A DNA stretch of 64,000 bases from Vulcanimicrobiota bacterium (GTDB taxonomy: Bacteria > Vulcanimicrobiota > Vulcanimicrobiia > Vulcanimicrobiales > Vulcanimicrobiaceae). Shown one piece after another: positions 10,947 through 20,600 of the stretch (position 1 is its first letter; the number at the start of each line of letters is the position of its first letter). The stretch covers positions 480,001 to 544,000 of the forward strand of contig CAWCIZ010000003.1 in assembly GCA_963795855.1 (NCBI GenBank). Reading direction: 5' to 3'. Made by a program: the position numbers and the translations under genes. The notes below the pieces were generated by a model. It had not been told where the DNA came from. It worked only from the letters and a program-made list of their open reading frames with translations, and did no database searches.

Positions 10947-12582
10947 ATGCGAAGGACGCTCGCCGCTCTCGCGCTTGCCGCCACGGCTGCCTGCAGCGGC
11001 CCGCATCAGGGCGGTGCGCCCGCTCAGAGGCCTCGCGCCGCGAATTCCCTCCGCTTCGATCTCGCCGCGGACCCGGCCAATCTGAATCCGCTGTTCCTGC
11101 ACCAGGACGCGGCCTCGGTCGAGCAGCAAGTCGCACGCTTGGCTTTCCTGCCGTTTCTCGATCTCGACTCGCGCGGACGCTTCATACCTGAACTCGTCAC
11201 CCGGGTGCCGACCGTCGCGAACGGCGACGTATCCGCCGACGGGCGCACGATTATCTACCATCTTCGTCCGAACGTGCGCTGGAGCGACGGCCTACCGGTG
11301 ACCGCGAACGACGTGCTTTGGACGCTGCACGCCATCATGGATCCGAATACGCCTGTGCCGTCGCGAGAAGGGTACGATCTCATCGATCGGGCGTATGCGA
11401 AAAGCCCGCATACCGTCGTTTTTCATTTGAGACACGCCTGGGCGCCGGCGGCTACGACGTTTTTCTCCTACGGTTTCCGGCCGCAATTCGTCTTGCCGTC
11501 GCACGTTTTGAGCAAGCAGATTCCTCTGGCGCAGGCGCCGTTCAATGCCGCGCCGACCGTGGGCGACGGTCCGTTCACGTTCGTCTCGTGGAAGCGGGGC
11601 GAATCGCTGCTGTACCGTGCGAACACGCGGTATTGGCGCGGCACGCCGCACGTGCAGCGGCTCGACATCCGCGTGATTCCCGATCCGCAGACGAATTTGG
11701 TGATGCTGCGATCGGGACAACTCGACTGGAATCTCATCGCGCCCGTGCAGCAAGAAACGCTTTACGGCGCGCGCGGCGTTCGGTACGCATACGTATCGAC
11801 CGCGGTCGTCGCCGGCCTGGTGTTCAATCTTTCACATCCGCCGCTCGACGACGCGCGTGTGCGCCGCGCCATAGCGATGGGCATCGATCGCCAAGGTATC
11901 AGCAAGAAAATCACGCTTGGGCGCTACCCGGTGACGAATGCGATCCAGCCGCAATTCTCGTGGGCGTACGATCCGGCCGTCAAAGAACCGGGATACGATC
12001 CGGCGCGTTCCGATGCGCTTCTCGATGCTGCGGGTTGGCGCCGGTCGCCGAGCGGCATGCGTGAGAAAAACGCCAAGACGCTCGCGCTGGTGTACGTGCA
12101 GTTCCCGGAGTCGATGACGGGCGTGCGCGTCGCAACGGCCGTGCAAGCGCAACTCCGCGATCGGGGCATCGCGGTCGAAATAAAATCCGTCAGCAACGCG
12201 CAGACTCTTTCTGCCTTCCTCGCGCGGCGGCACGCTCGCCGCGGGGCAATTCGACATGGCGTACGTTCCCTTCACGATGGGATCGGATCCAGACGATTCG
12301 TCGATCCTCGCGTGCAATGCGCCCTCGAACTACATGCGCTACTGCAGCGCGCAGGTCGACGCGTTGGAGAAGGCGGCGCTTCGCGCCGTTTCCACGAGCG
12401 TCCGCAAACGGATTTACGCCCGGATAGAACGCCTGGTCGCGCTCGACTTGCCGATCCTGTATTTGTTCAACGCCGATTACATCTATGCGTACCGCGCGCA
12501 ACTGCGCGGGTTCGCACCGAACGCATTTCTGCCGACGTGGAATGCAGCGCAATGGTCAATCGCCTCATCGCCCGCTGGGTGA
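10947..12582 (+). CDS. Peptide ABC transporter substrate-binding lipoprotein (family 5); frameshift near 12204
   Basis: Lipobox TAAC, LRPNVRWSDGLPVTANDV, GDGPF, DARVRRAIAMGIDR; the C-terminus continues in ORF 12256..12582. Confidence 0.88.
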
Positions 12583-12592
12583 GACCAAGGAA

Positions 12593-12684
12593 AAGCCTTG
12601 CATGCGCGTCGTCGGCGAGCGTGTCGAAGGTCCGGCAGAGGCCAAATTTTCGCTGATACTCGGCTGCGACGAGTTGCAAGGCTT
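12593..12684. repeat. ~92-nt imperfect intergenic hairpin
   Basis: AAGCCTTGCA (12593-602) pairs with TGCAAGGCTT (12675-84); inner CGTCG/CGACG and GTGTCG/TGATAC pairings. Confidence 0.6.
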
Positions 12685-12742
12685 CGCTTCGGGATACAGC
12701 CGCAAGCGGGTAACGGCGCGCGCTTCCCGAATTTTTTGCGGC

Positions 12743-13273
12743 ATGTTCGTCCGTGACGCGATAAGCTTCATCTTCGGGAACATCCAGATACCGCTGCTCG
12801 TCATCGCCGTTATCGTGACCATCGTCAAGCTGCGGCGCGCCAACGCCCGCCACGAGGTGATGAGCGCGGGCTACACGCTGTGGGGCGAGGTCCTGTTCTA
12901 CTGCTTCGGGCTGGGCATGGTATACGCGTGGTACTTTCACGCATTCCAGGCGGCGCGCGTCGCCCCGAGCATCGGCTGGCAGCCGAGTCCGTTCGAGTGG
13001 GAACTCGCGTGGGCGGAACTCGGAATTGCAGCGATCGCGCTGCTTTCACTGTGGCGCGGTTACTCCATGCGCCTGGCGGCGACGCTCGTACCGGCGATAT
13101 TTTTGTTCGGCGCTGCGGCGCAGCACATTCACTTGATGCTTGCCGCACACGATTACGCGCCGGGCAATGCCGGCACGATCGTGTGGTTCGGCGACATCGC
13201 GCTGCCGCTCTTTACGTTGCTGCTGGCATTTGTTTCGCGCGACGCGTACGAACGAACCGTCCGCCGGCACTAA
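12743..13273 (+). CDS. Membrane protein, DUF6790-like
   Basis: Several hydrophobic helices; IGWQPSPFEWELAWAELG and APGNAG motifs. Confidence 0.75.
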   Translation: MFVRDAISFIFGNIQIPLLVIAVIVTIVKLRRANARHEVMSAGYTLWGEVLFYCFGLGMVYAWYFHAFQAARVAPSIGWQPSPFEWELAWAELGIAAIALLSLWRGYSMRLAATLVPAIFLFGAAAQHIHLMLAAHDYAPGNAGTIVWFGDIALPLFTLLLAFVSRDAYERTVRRH

Positions 13274-13286
13274 GAAAACTGGCTGG

Positions 13287-14690
13287 TCACACGGCCTTTA
13301 CCGCGGCGGTCAACGCGTCGACGGTGGCTTTTGCGTCGCCGAAGAGCAGGGCGGTTTTCGGATTTTCGAACAGCGGATTTTCGATGCCCGCGAAACCGGA
13401 GCGCATCGAACGCTTGAGCACGACGATGTTCGCCGCTTGATCGGCGTTGAGGATCGGCATTCCGTAAATCGGCGACGACGCGACGTTTCTGGCAGCGGGG
13501 TTTACGACGTCGTTCGCTCCGATGACGAGCGCAACGTCGGTGCGCGGGAACTCCGGGTTGATGTCGTCCATGTCGTAGAGTTGATTGTACGGAACGTTCG
13601 CCTCCGCGAGCAGCACGTTCATGTGCCCGGGCATGCGCCCCGCGACCGGATGAATCGCATACTTCACCGTCACGCCGCGTTTTTCGAGCTGATCGGCGAG
13701 TTCGCGAACGCTGTGCTGCGCTTGGGCGACCGCCATTCCGTATCCCGGTATGACGACTACTTGACTTGCGTACGCGAGCATGACGGCGACGTCGTCGACG
13801 GTCGTGCTGCGAACTTGCTGCGCGCCGCCGCCGGCGGCGGCCACTTCCGTTCCGCCCGCGGCGCCGAACGCACCGAACAACACGTTGGTGAGCGGACGAT
13901 TCATCGCTTTGCCCATGAGCACCGTCAGCAGCGTACCGCTCGCGCCGACCAGCGATCCGCTGATGATCAGCAAATTGTTGTCGAGTTCGAAACCGGTAAT
14001 CGCGACGGCGACGCCGGTGAACGAGTTGAGGAGCGAAATCACGACCGGCATGTCGGCGCCGCCGATCGGGAGCACGAACAGCACGCCAAGGACAAGCGCC
14101 GCGCCGAGCATTGCGAGGTACGCCCATTGCGGAAGCGCGCCTTGCATCACGATCAGCCAGCCGCCGAAGCCGACGATCGCCAGCGCGACGGCGGCGTTCA
14201 CGACTTGCTGTCCGGGATACGTGATCGGACGCCCCGTCATCAACTCTTGCAGTTTGAGAAACGCAATGATCGAGCCGGCGACGCTGAGCGAGCCGATGAT
14301 CGCGCTCAGCACGAGCGAAACGATGACGATCCACCCCATTCCGGTGTGCGGCGATACGAAATACTCGATCGTCGAAATGAGCATCGCGGCGCCGCCGCCC
14401 GCGCCGTTGAAGAGCGCGACCATTTGCGGCATCGCCGTCATCTTCACCTTGAGCGCGGAAAAGACGCCGATAACGGCGCCGATGACGACGCCGATGAGAA
14501 TCGCCCACCAGCCGGCGGCGTGCGTGGAAACGAGAATTGCCGCGAGCGCGAGCACCATTCCGAGCATCGCGACGCGGTTCCCATGACGCGCCGTCGCGGG
14601 CGAACTCAAATAGTGCAGGCCGAGAATGAAAAGAGCGAACGCGAGGATGTCCGCGAGGTCGACGAAGGTGACTTGGCCGATCGCGGTCAT
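13287..14690 (-). CDS. pntB: NAD(P) transhydrogenase subunit beta
   Basis: KMTAMPQMVALFN, IGGADMPVVISLLNS, PGYGMAVAQAQ, IHPVAGRMPGHMNVLLAEA. Confidence 0.97.
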   Translation of the reverse strand: MTAIGQVTFVDLADILAFALFILGLHYLSSPATARHGNRVAMLGMVLALAAILVSTHAAGWWAILIGVVIGAVIGVFSALKVKMTAMPQMVALFNGAGGGAAMLISTIEYFVSPHTGMGWIVIVSLVLSAIIGSLSVAGSIIAFLKLQELMTGRPITYPGQQVVNAAVALAIVGFGGWLIVMQGALPQWAYLAMLGAALVLGVLFVLPIGGADMPVVISLLNSFTGVAVAITGFELDNNLLIISGSLVGASGTLLTVLMGKAMNRPLTNVLFGAFGAAGGTEVAAAGGGAQQVRSTTVDDVAVMLAYASQVVVIPGYGMAVAQAQHSVRELADQLEKRGVTVKYAIHPVAGRMPGHMNVLLAEANVPYNQLYDMDDINPEFPRTDVALVIGANDVVNPAARNVASSPIYGMPILNADQAANIVVLKRSMRSGFAGIENPLFENPKTALLFGDAKATVDALTAAVKAV

Positions 14691-15001
14691 TTCTTGGCAG
14701 TCTCCTTCTTCTTGAACATCTGCAGCATGCGTTCGGTGACGGCGAAACCGCCGAATACGTTAATCGTGCCGAGCGCCGTAGCGACGATCGCGAGAATCGT
14801 GAACAGCAGATTGGACTGAGCGTGGAACACGCCCGCCACGATGACGATAGCGCCGACCAGCACGACGCCGTGAATCGCGTTCGTCGCCGACATCAGCGGC
14901 GTATGCAGCGTCGTCGGCACTTTCGATATTACCTCGAATCCAACGAAGATCGCCAAAACCAAAACGGTGAGCAAACCGAAGAATTCCGTCAAATGGATCA
15001 C
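14687..15001 (-). CDS. pntAB: NAD(P) transhydrogenase alpha subunit part 2 (membrane)
   Basis: VPTTLHTPLMSATNAIHG and NVFGGFAVTERMLQMF. Confidence 0.95.
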   Translation of the reverse strand: MIHLTEFFGLLTVLVLAIFVGFEVISKVPTTLHTPLMSATNAIHGVVLVGAIVIVAGVFHAQSNLLFTILAIVATALGTINVFGGFAVTERMLQMFKKKETAKK

Positions 15002-16143
15002 GATGCTGCTCCTGCTCCGAGTGCGTCGAGCGTGGGTTTGTGCACGATTTCCCCGCTGCGGACGATCGTCGTGCCGCGCACGATTTCGTCGTCCATGTCC
15101 AGTGCGAGGGCGTTATCTTTCACGAGCACGCCGAGCAGCGCGTTGACGTTGCGTGAGTAGAGCTGCGAAGCATGATAGGGCATCGTCGACGGCAGGTTTG
15201 TTTGGCCGAGTATCTGCACGCCGTTCTTCGAGTAAACGGTTTGGTCGCGCTGCGTGAGCGCGCAGTTTCCTCCGGCTTCGGCCGCCAAATCGACGATGAC
15301 CGATCCGGGACGCATCGCCGCGACCGCTTCTTCGGTGATGAGCACCGGCGCCCGCCGGCCGGGCACGAGCGCCGTCGTGATGACGACGTCGGACGCGCCG
15401 ATTGCGTCGACCATGAACTGCCGCTGCTTGTCGAGCTGCTCGGGCGTTAGTTCCTTCGCATATCCGCCCGCGGCCTCGGCATCGACCCCGAGATCGATCT
15501 CGAGAAACGCTGCGCCCAAACTCTGCACTTGTTCCTTCACCACGGCGCGCGTGTCGTAGGCGCTCACGACGGCGCCCAAGCGCCGCGCAGTCGCGATTGC
15601 CTGCAATCCGGCAACGCCCGCTCCGAGAATGAGCACCTTCGCGGGCGGTATAGTTCCCGCGGCGGTTGTGAGCATCGGAAAGAATTTCGGCAGCGTGAGC
15701 GCGCCGAGCAGCACGGCTTTGTAGCCTGCGATATTGCTTTGCGAGCTGAGCGCGTCCATGCTTTGCGCACGCGTGATGCGTGGGATCGCGTCCATCGAAA
15801 GCGCCGTGATGCCGGCGTTCGCGAGCGTCTTGACGTATCCGGGATCGCCGAGCGGCGCGAGCAGCGCGAGCAGCACCGCGCTTTTCGGCATCGCGCCGAG
15901 AATGTCGTCCGCGGGGCGGCCAACGGTGACGACGAGATGCGCGTCGGAAAGCAACGCGGCCGAATCATCGACAATCGATGCTCCGGCCTGCGAATACAAT
16001 TCGTCCGGAAATGCGGCGCGTTCGCCGGCGCCGCGCGCGACCTTGACGACGGCGCCCGCCTTTACGAGTTTAGCGACCGTTTCCGGTACGAGCGCAACTC
16101 GCGCTTCGTTCGGCGCCGCTTCACGAGGGACCGAAACGTTCAT
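14998..16143 (-). CDS. pntAA: NAD(P) transhydrogenase alpha subunit part 1
   Basis: EARVALVPE, RAQSMDALSSQSNIAGY, GAGVAGLQA, DLAAEAGGNC. Confidence 0.96.
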   Translation of the reverse strand: MNVSVPREAAPNEARVALVPETVAKLVKAGAVVKVARGAGERAAFPDELYSQAGASIVDDSAALLSDAHLVVTVGRPADDILGAMPKSAVLLALLAPLGDPGYVKTLANAGITALSMDAIPRITRAQSMDALSSQSNIAGYKAVLLGALTLPKFFPMLTTAAGTIPPAKVLILGAGVAGLQAIATARRLGAVVSAYDTRAVVKEQVQSLGAAFLEIDLGVDAEAAGGYAKELTPEQLDKQRQFMVDAIGASDVVITTALVPGRRAPVLITEEAVAAMRPGSVIVDLAAEAGGNCALTQRDQTVYSKNGVQILGQTNLPSTMPYHASQLYSRNVNALLGVLVKDNALALDMDDEIVRGTTIVRSGEIVHKPTLDALGAGAAS

Positions 16144-16183
16144 GCGGGCGCACGTTCAGCGCCCGTATGCGCAACCCTGCGGC

Positions 16184-16570
16184 CTAGTGCAGCAGCGGAA
16201 GCAGCAGCGCCAGAATTGCGGCAAACAGCGCCGCACCGCCGACGTGCACGACATGCTGCCGGTGCAGAACGCGATCGCCGCCGAAAAACGCGTTTAAAAA
16301 GTCGGCGAGAGAAATGACCAAACACGCAGCGACGGTAACGAGCAGCACGTCGCCCGCGCCGCGCAGCGAGGCCGCCAGCAGTATCGCACCGAGCGCGCAG
16401 TCGCGGACGCCGGTCGCGCGTACGAAGACGGCCGAACTTTTCTCCTCGATGGGCATGCCGAAGCTCTGCGCGAGCGGCGCGGGAAACGCAAGACCGAGTA
16501 CGCCGACCGCGAGCAATCCGGCTCCGGCCGCGTCCGACAGAATCGCCGGCAGCGAGTCTGGGCCGATCAC
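16184..16570 (-). CDS. Small membrane protein, DUF4267-like
   Basis: GTG overlaps the upstream stop; four hydrophobic segments; FGMP and ATGVRDCALG motifs. Confidence 0.65.
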   Translation of the reverse strand: MIGPDSLPAILSDAAGAGLLAVGVLGLAFPAPLAQSFGMPIEEKSSAVFVRATGVRDCALGAILLAASLRGAGDVLLVTVAACLVISLADFLNAFFGGDRVLHRQHVVHVGGAALFAAILALLLPLLH

Positions 16571-17409
16571 GTAATGAAGATCGCGTTGCGCAGCGTGCCG
16601 ATTTTTTGAATCGATACTTCCACGACGTCGCCGTGCTGAAAAAATTCCGGCGGCGTGCGCGCGAAACCAACGCCGTCCGGCGTGCCCGTCGCGATGACGT
16701 CGCCCGGCTCGAGGGTCATGCCGCGGCTCAGGGCGGCGATGATGCGCGGAATGCGAAAGATCATCTGGCCCGTATTCGCTTCTTGCTTTTTCTGACCGTT
16801 GACGCGCAACGAGATCTGCAGACGGTGCGGATCGCCGATTTCCGCGGCGTCGACGATCCACGGCCCCATCGGACAGCTCCCGTCCAAACTTTTCCCCTTC
16901 AGCCATTGCAAGTGCGACCGCTGCAAATCGCGTGCCGTGATGTCGTTCAAGCACGTGTACCCGAAAACCGCGTCGAGCGCGGTTTCTTCGGTCGCGTCTT
17001 TCACGCGTTTGCCGATCACGACGGCGAGCTCGCCCTCCCAATCGTATTCGCGCGAAATCGCGGCTTGGAACTGCAGTTTCGCGTCGGGGTCCGCGATGGC
17101 CGTCGGCGCTTTCGAAAAGAACGTCGGGACCTCGGGAAGCTTCAGCTCTCGTCCCAAAGCGCGCGCGCCTTCTTTTGCGTGCTCCAAATAATTGCGCCCG
17201 ACGCAAAAGATGTTTTTGCGCGGACGTACCGGTGCGGCCAATTGCAGATCCGCGACGGGAAGGCGCTCGAGCGTCCGGCGCTGCGCGCGATCCGCCTCGT
17301 CCATCGCTATGTACTCGACGAGTGAATCGCAAGCAATGACGGTGATGCAGTCTCCATCGAGAACGCCCGGGCGAACGCGATCGCCATCGTAAAAGCTGAC
17401 GTATTTCAT
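16567..17409 (-). CDS. Fumarylacetoacetate hydrolase family protein
   Basis: CVGRNYLEH, DWEGELAVVIG, NDITARDLQ, GKSLDGSCPMGP, PGDVIATGTP. Confidence 0.94.
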   Translation of the reverse strand: MKYVSFYDGDRVRPGVLDGDCITVIACDSLVEYIAMDEADRAQRRTLERLPVADLQLAAPVRPRKNIFCVGRNYLEHAKEGARALGRELKLPEVPTFFSKAPTAIADPDAKLQFQAAISREYDWEGELAVVIGKRVKDATEETALDAVFGYTCLNDITARDLQRSHLQWLKGKSLDGSCPMGPWIVDAAEIGDPHRLQISLRVNGQKKQEANTGQMIFRIPRIIAALSRGMTLEPGDVIATGTPDGVGFARTPPEFFQHGDVVEVSIQKIGTLRNAIFIT

Positions 17410-17415
17410 ACAGCG

Positions 17416-17628
17416 CTACCGCCGTCGCGTTAGGTGCCACCCGCCGCAATGCCTGCACTCGTACGCGGTCAGCGCGTCGCCCATGCCGTTCGTCAGCGCC
17501 ACCGCGCGGGCGTACTCCTCGGATTCGTACGCGTCTTTGGAACGGCAGCTGCGCTCGACGTTCGCGCCGGGATCGTCGAAGAACGCAATGCGCGGTTTAG
17601 GGCTGTGGGGACGGCGTCGGTTTGGCAA
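17416..17628 (-). CDS. Small hypothetical protein, putative zinc-binding
   Basis: 70 aa with C-RSKDAY and YECRHCGGWHLT; co-oriented with its neighbours. Confidence 0.6.
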   Translation of the reverse strand: MPNRRRPHSPKPRIAFFDDPGANVERSCRSKDAYESEEYARAVALTNGMGDALTAYECRHCGGWHLTRRR

Positions 17629-18154
17629 GTGCGCGCTTTACGGCGGCGTTGATGTCGGGTAAATGTTTGGCGCTCTCAGCTTGCCGGTGCTTTTCCTGCG
17701 CCTTGATCCGCGCGTACGCTTCTTCGGTCTCGCGTTTGGCGGCATCCACCATCTTCGTCGCGGCGCCGCTGTCATTGCCCCAGTTTCCACCTTTGGAGAC
17801 TAGTGCGATTTGCCGCGACACGTTGTGCGTGTGCGGGTCGTAGTTGTAGTTCACGCGGAAAATCCCGACCTGTGCGGTTCCGTCGGGGCGGCGAATCCAC
17901 ATCTGCAGCGCGTTCCCAATCGTCATCGTGTCGAAGACGGAGTCGTGCGAGAGTTCGCCGCCCTTCACGCGCACGACCTGACCGCGTTTGTTGACTTCGA
18001 CGAGAATGCTCGAGTGCAGCGGCCGGTTCGGCATATTGGGCGTCGGAATAGGCGCGGGCGTCGCGGCACCCGCGGCCAGGGCTCCGGCCGGCGCGGCGAG
18101 CACGCAGACCGCGAATGCGAACGCGCGCCGTGTAGAAATCTTCATCGTCGCCAT
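17597..18154 (-). CDS. Secreted hypothetical protein
   Basis: Signal peptide (MKISTRRAFAFAVCVLAAPAGALA), Pro/Thr linker, globular domain and C-terminal PTPSPQP. Confidence 0.7.
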   Translation of the reverse strand: MATMKISTRRAFAFAVCVLAAPAGALAAGAATPAPIPTPNMPNRPLHSSILVEVNKRGQVVRVKGGELSHDSVFDTMTIGNALQMWIRRPDGTAQVGIFRVNYNYDPHTHNVSRQIALVSKGGNWGNDSGAATKMVDAAKRETEEAYARIKAQEKHRQAESAKHLPDINAAVKRALAKPTPSPQP

Positions 18155-18221
18155 AGTTTGGTACGAGGCGGCTTTACCCCGCCGGGGCTGCGGCGTCCGG
18201 GCGTCGAAGCCGCGGGCACCC

Positions 18222-20600
18222 ATGTATCGCCGTTCCCCGCTCTTCACGTTCGGGCTCATTGCCGCACTGCTCGCCGCATGCGTCCCCGCTTCGGCAGCGC
18301 GCCCGCTGCTCGATTACCACCGACTGGACGCGTATTTCACGCTTTTCGCGCACGATGCAAACGTCCCGTGGAAGTCGGCGACGGTCCGCTTGGACACCTA
18401 CACGAGCGCGCCCGTCGATTTCGCGGCGTATCAAGTGGATCCGGCGGATGTCATCGTCGCCGGCTCCAATACGCAGCCGCGCGCCATCGATACGCGCCGC
18501 CGCAGGCCGGTGGTCCGCTGGCGGTACACGCCGCCCGGGGGCTATCGATTTCAAAGTAACGACGTGCAGGTTCCGCTCGGTTCGCGCGAAGGGTTTTTCG
18601 TGATCGAAGCGCGGCGCGGAAACGTCGGCGAGCAGGTGTGGATCGATCGCACGCGCATCGGTTTGCTGACGAAGGAAACGCCCGGAGGCATTCTCCTGTA
18701 CGGCGCGGATCTCGGCACGGGACGTCCGCTCGCGCGCATGCGCGTTTCGTTCATCGTCGACGGCCGTTTTACGGATCGCCTCACCAACGCGAGCGGAATC
18801 GTGCTCTGGCGTTCGAGGCCGCGGCCGGTATTCGCGCTTGCGCAATGGGGCGCGAGCGTCGCATTCGTGTCGTTCTTGCCGCAGGCGCCGCTGCCGGGAA
18901 CGATCGTCGGCGTGAAGACGGATTCGGCGGTCGTGCACGGCGGCGACGAGCTGCACGTTGCGGGATTCGCGAGGTCGCGCGGCGGCGGACGTTTGCGCGC
19001 TTCGGGCGGCGAGGCATCCGTGACGTTGCGTTCGCCGTGGGGCGTCGCCGCGCAAACCGCGGTCCGATTGGACGCAGCCGGAGCATTCTCCGCGTCGCTG
19101 CACGTGCCCGAATCGAGCCGCGCGGGAGACTACAGCGTGATCGCGAGCGTGAACGGCGCGACCGCCGGCACAAGCGTGCACGTCGATGCCGACGCGAACG
19201 GCCTCTCGCTTTCGCTTGCGCCGCAATGCGAAGGCTTGGGATGCGATGCCGGCGCCGACATTCCCGTCGTCGTTCGCGCAATGCGCGGAATGCTGCCGGC
19301 GCAAGGGGTGAACGTCGACGTCGACGTCATACGCTCGCCGCACGTGTACGGCAGCGAAGCATCTTCGGATGCATGGGGCCTCTCCCGCTGGTACCGCGCC
19401 ACGCTGCGCACGGGTGCGGACGGTCGCGCACTGATCGACATCCCACGCCCGTCCGACGGCCTCGCGTCGACGTACGGCGTGCGCGTCGGCTCGGGCGGTG
19501 CGACGGCCGATACGCGAATCGCGGTGCCGACCGCTCCGATTGCGCTGCGCGTCGAACTCGAACGCGACGACATCGGAAGCGGCACGCCGGCAAGTTTCGA
19601 CGTTTTCGGAACGCGCGTTGCAACCGGCGCGCCGGCGCAAGACGTCATGGTGCGCGTGCAGCTCGTACACGGCAGCTCCATCCAGGAGCAAACCCTAAGG
19701 CTTGACGAGCGCGGGCGCGCGCACGGCGCATTTACCTCGCCGCAAGTCGGTTCTAACCTGGTCATCGCCGTCGCCGAAGCGGACGGCACGCGAGCCATGG
19801 ACGCGGCACAAGTACAAGTGGAACCGCAGACGATGGAACTGCAGAATGCGCAAGGCAGCCGAAACGTCGCCGTCACCCTCGATCGCAAACGCTATGCCGC
19901 GGGTGAATCGGCCCGCGTCGAAGGATCGCTGCCGGGAGCGCAAGGCAGCGCGCTTTTCACGCTCGAGGCGGCCGATCGAACCGATGCGCGCGTCGTCAAC
20001 GTTTCCGGCGGACGGGCGCGCGCTTCGTTCCGGATTGCGGATGCGCCCGGGGTTCTTGCCGCCGGAGCGGCGTTCGTTCGCGACGGCGCGCTGCAATGGA
20101 GCAGCGTTCCGCTTGCGGTCGATGCGCCCGGCCGGCCGATCTCGGCGAGCTTGCAACTGGACAAAAGCGCGTACGCGCCCGGCGCGACCGCGCTGGTAAA
20201 AATTGCGGACGTGCGGCCCGGAAGCGGCACCGCATTCGTGCGTATAACGAAAGGCACGCCGACGGGATCCGCTCTGTTCACGAGCGCGCCCGATCTGCTC
20301 GCAATCGGAACCACTGCGACGCAGGATACCGCCGTCGAAGGCGCTTCGTGGCATCCGTGGGTGGACTCGAGCGGCGTTCACGCGTTGATTCAAACGTTCG
20401 CGCGGCGCACCGCCCCACCCGAAGATCTCACGATGACGCAGGCCGACACTGCAAGCGTGTATTGGACGGTCGATCGCCGCAGCGGAGATTTGCTTACCGT
20501 GCCCGTTCCGGTTACGGCGGGCAAGTACGTCATTTCGCTGCTGAAAGTCGACGACGACGGCCGGGTGACCGCCGCATCCACCGATTTACTCGTCCAGTGA
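18222..20600 (+). CDS. Secreted protein resembling the N-terminal MG domains of bacterial alpha-2-macroglobulin
   Basis: Signal peptide; IGLLTK..ADLGTGRPL..TNASG, VKTDSAVVHGGDELHV, LDAAGAFSASLHVP, LDRKRYAAGE, LDKSAYAPG resemble MG repeats; no CxEQ. Confidence 0.6.
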   Translation: MYRRSPLFTFGLIAALLAACVPASAARPLLDYHRLDAYFTLFAHDANVPWKSATVRLDTYTSAPVDFAAYQVDPADVIVAGSNTQPRAIDTRRRRPVVRWRYTPPGGYRFQSNDVQVPLGSREGFFVIEARRGNVGEQVWIDRTRIGLLTKETPGGILLYGADLGTGRPLARMRVSFIVDGRFTDRLTNASGIVLWRSRPRPVFALAQWGASVAFVSFLPQAPLPGTIVGVKTDSAVVHGGDELHVAGFARSRGGGRLRASGGEASVTLRSPWGVAAQTAVRLDAAGAFSASLHVPESSRAGDYSVIASVNGATAGTSVHVDADANGLSLSLAPQCEGLGCDAGADIPVVVRAMRGMLPAQGVNVDVDVIRSPHVYGSEASSDAWGLSRWYRATLRTGADGRALIDIPRPSDGLASTYGVRVGSGGATADTRIAVPTAPIALRVELERDDIGSGTPASFDVFGTRVATGAPAQDVMVRVQLVHGSSIQEQTLRLDERGRAHGAFTSPQVGSNLVIAVAEADGTRAMDAAQVQVEPQTMELQNAQGSRNVAVTLDRKRYAAGESARVEGSLPGAQGSALFTLEAADRTDARVVNVSGGRARASFRIADAPGVLAAGAAFVRDGALQWSSVPLAVDAPGRPISASLQLDKSAYAPGATALVKIADVRPGSGTAFVRITKGTPTGSALFTSAPDLLAIGTTATQDTAVEGASWHPWVDSSGVHALIQTFARRTAPPEDLTMTQADTASVYWTVDRRSGDLLTVPVPVTAGKYVISLLKVDDDGRVTAASTDLLVQ

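Noticed and set aside
12593..12684. SRP (4.5S) RNA
   Set aside because: GGTCCGG is present, but the conserved GGAA-loop/AGCAG helix-8 motif is not.
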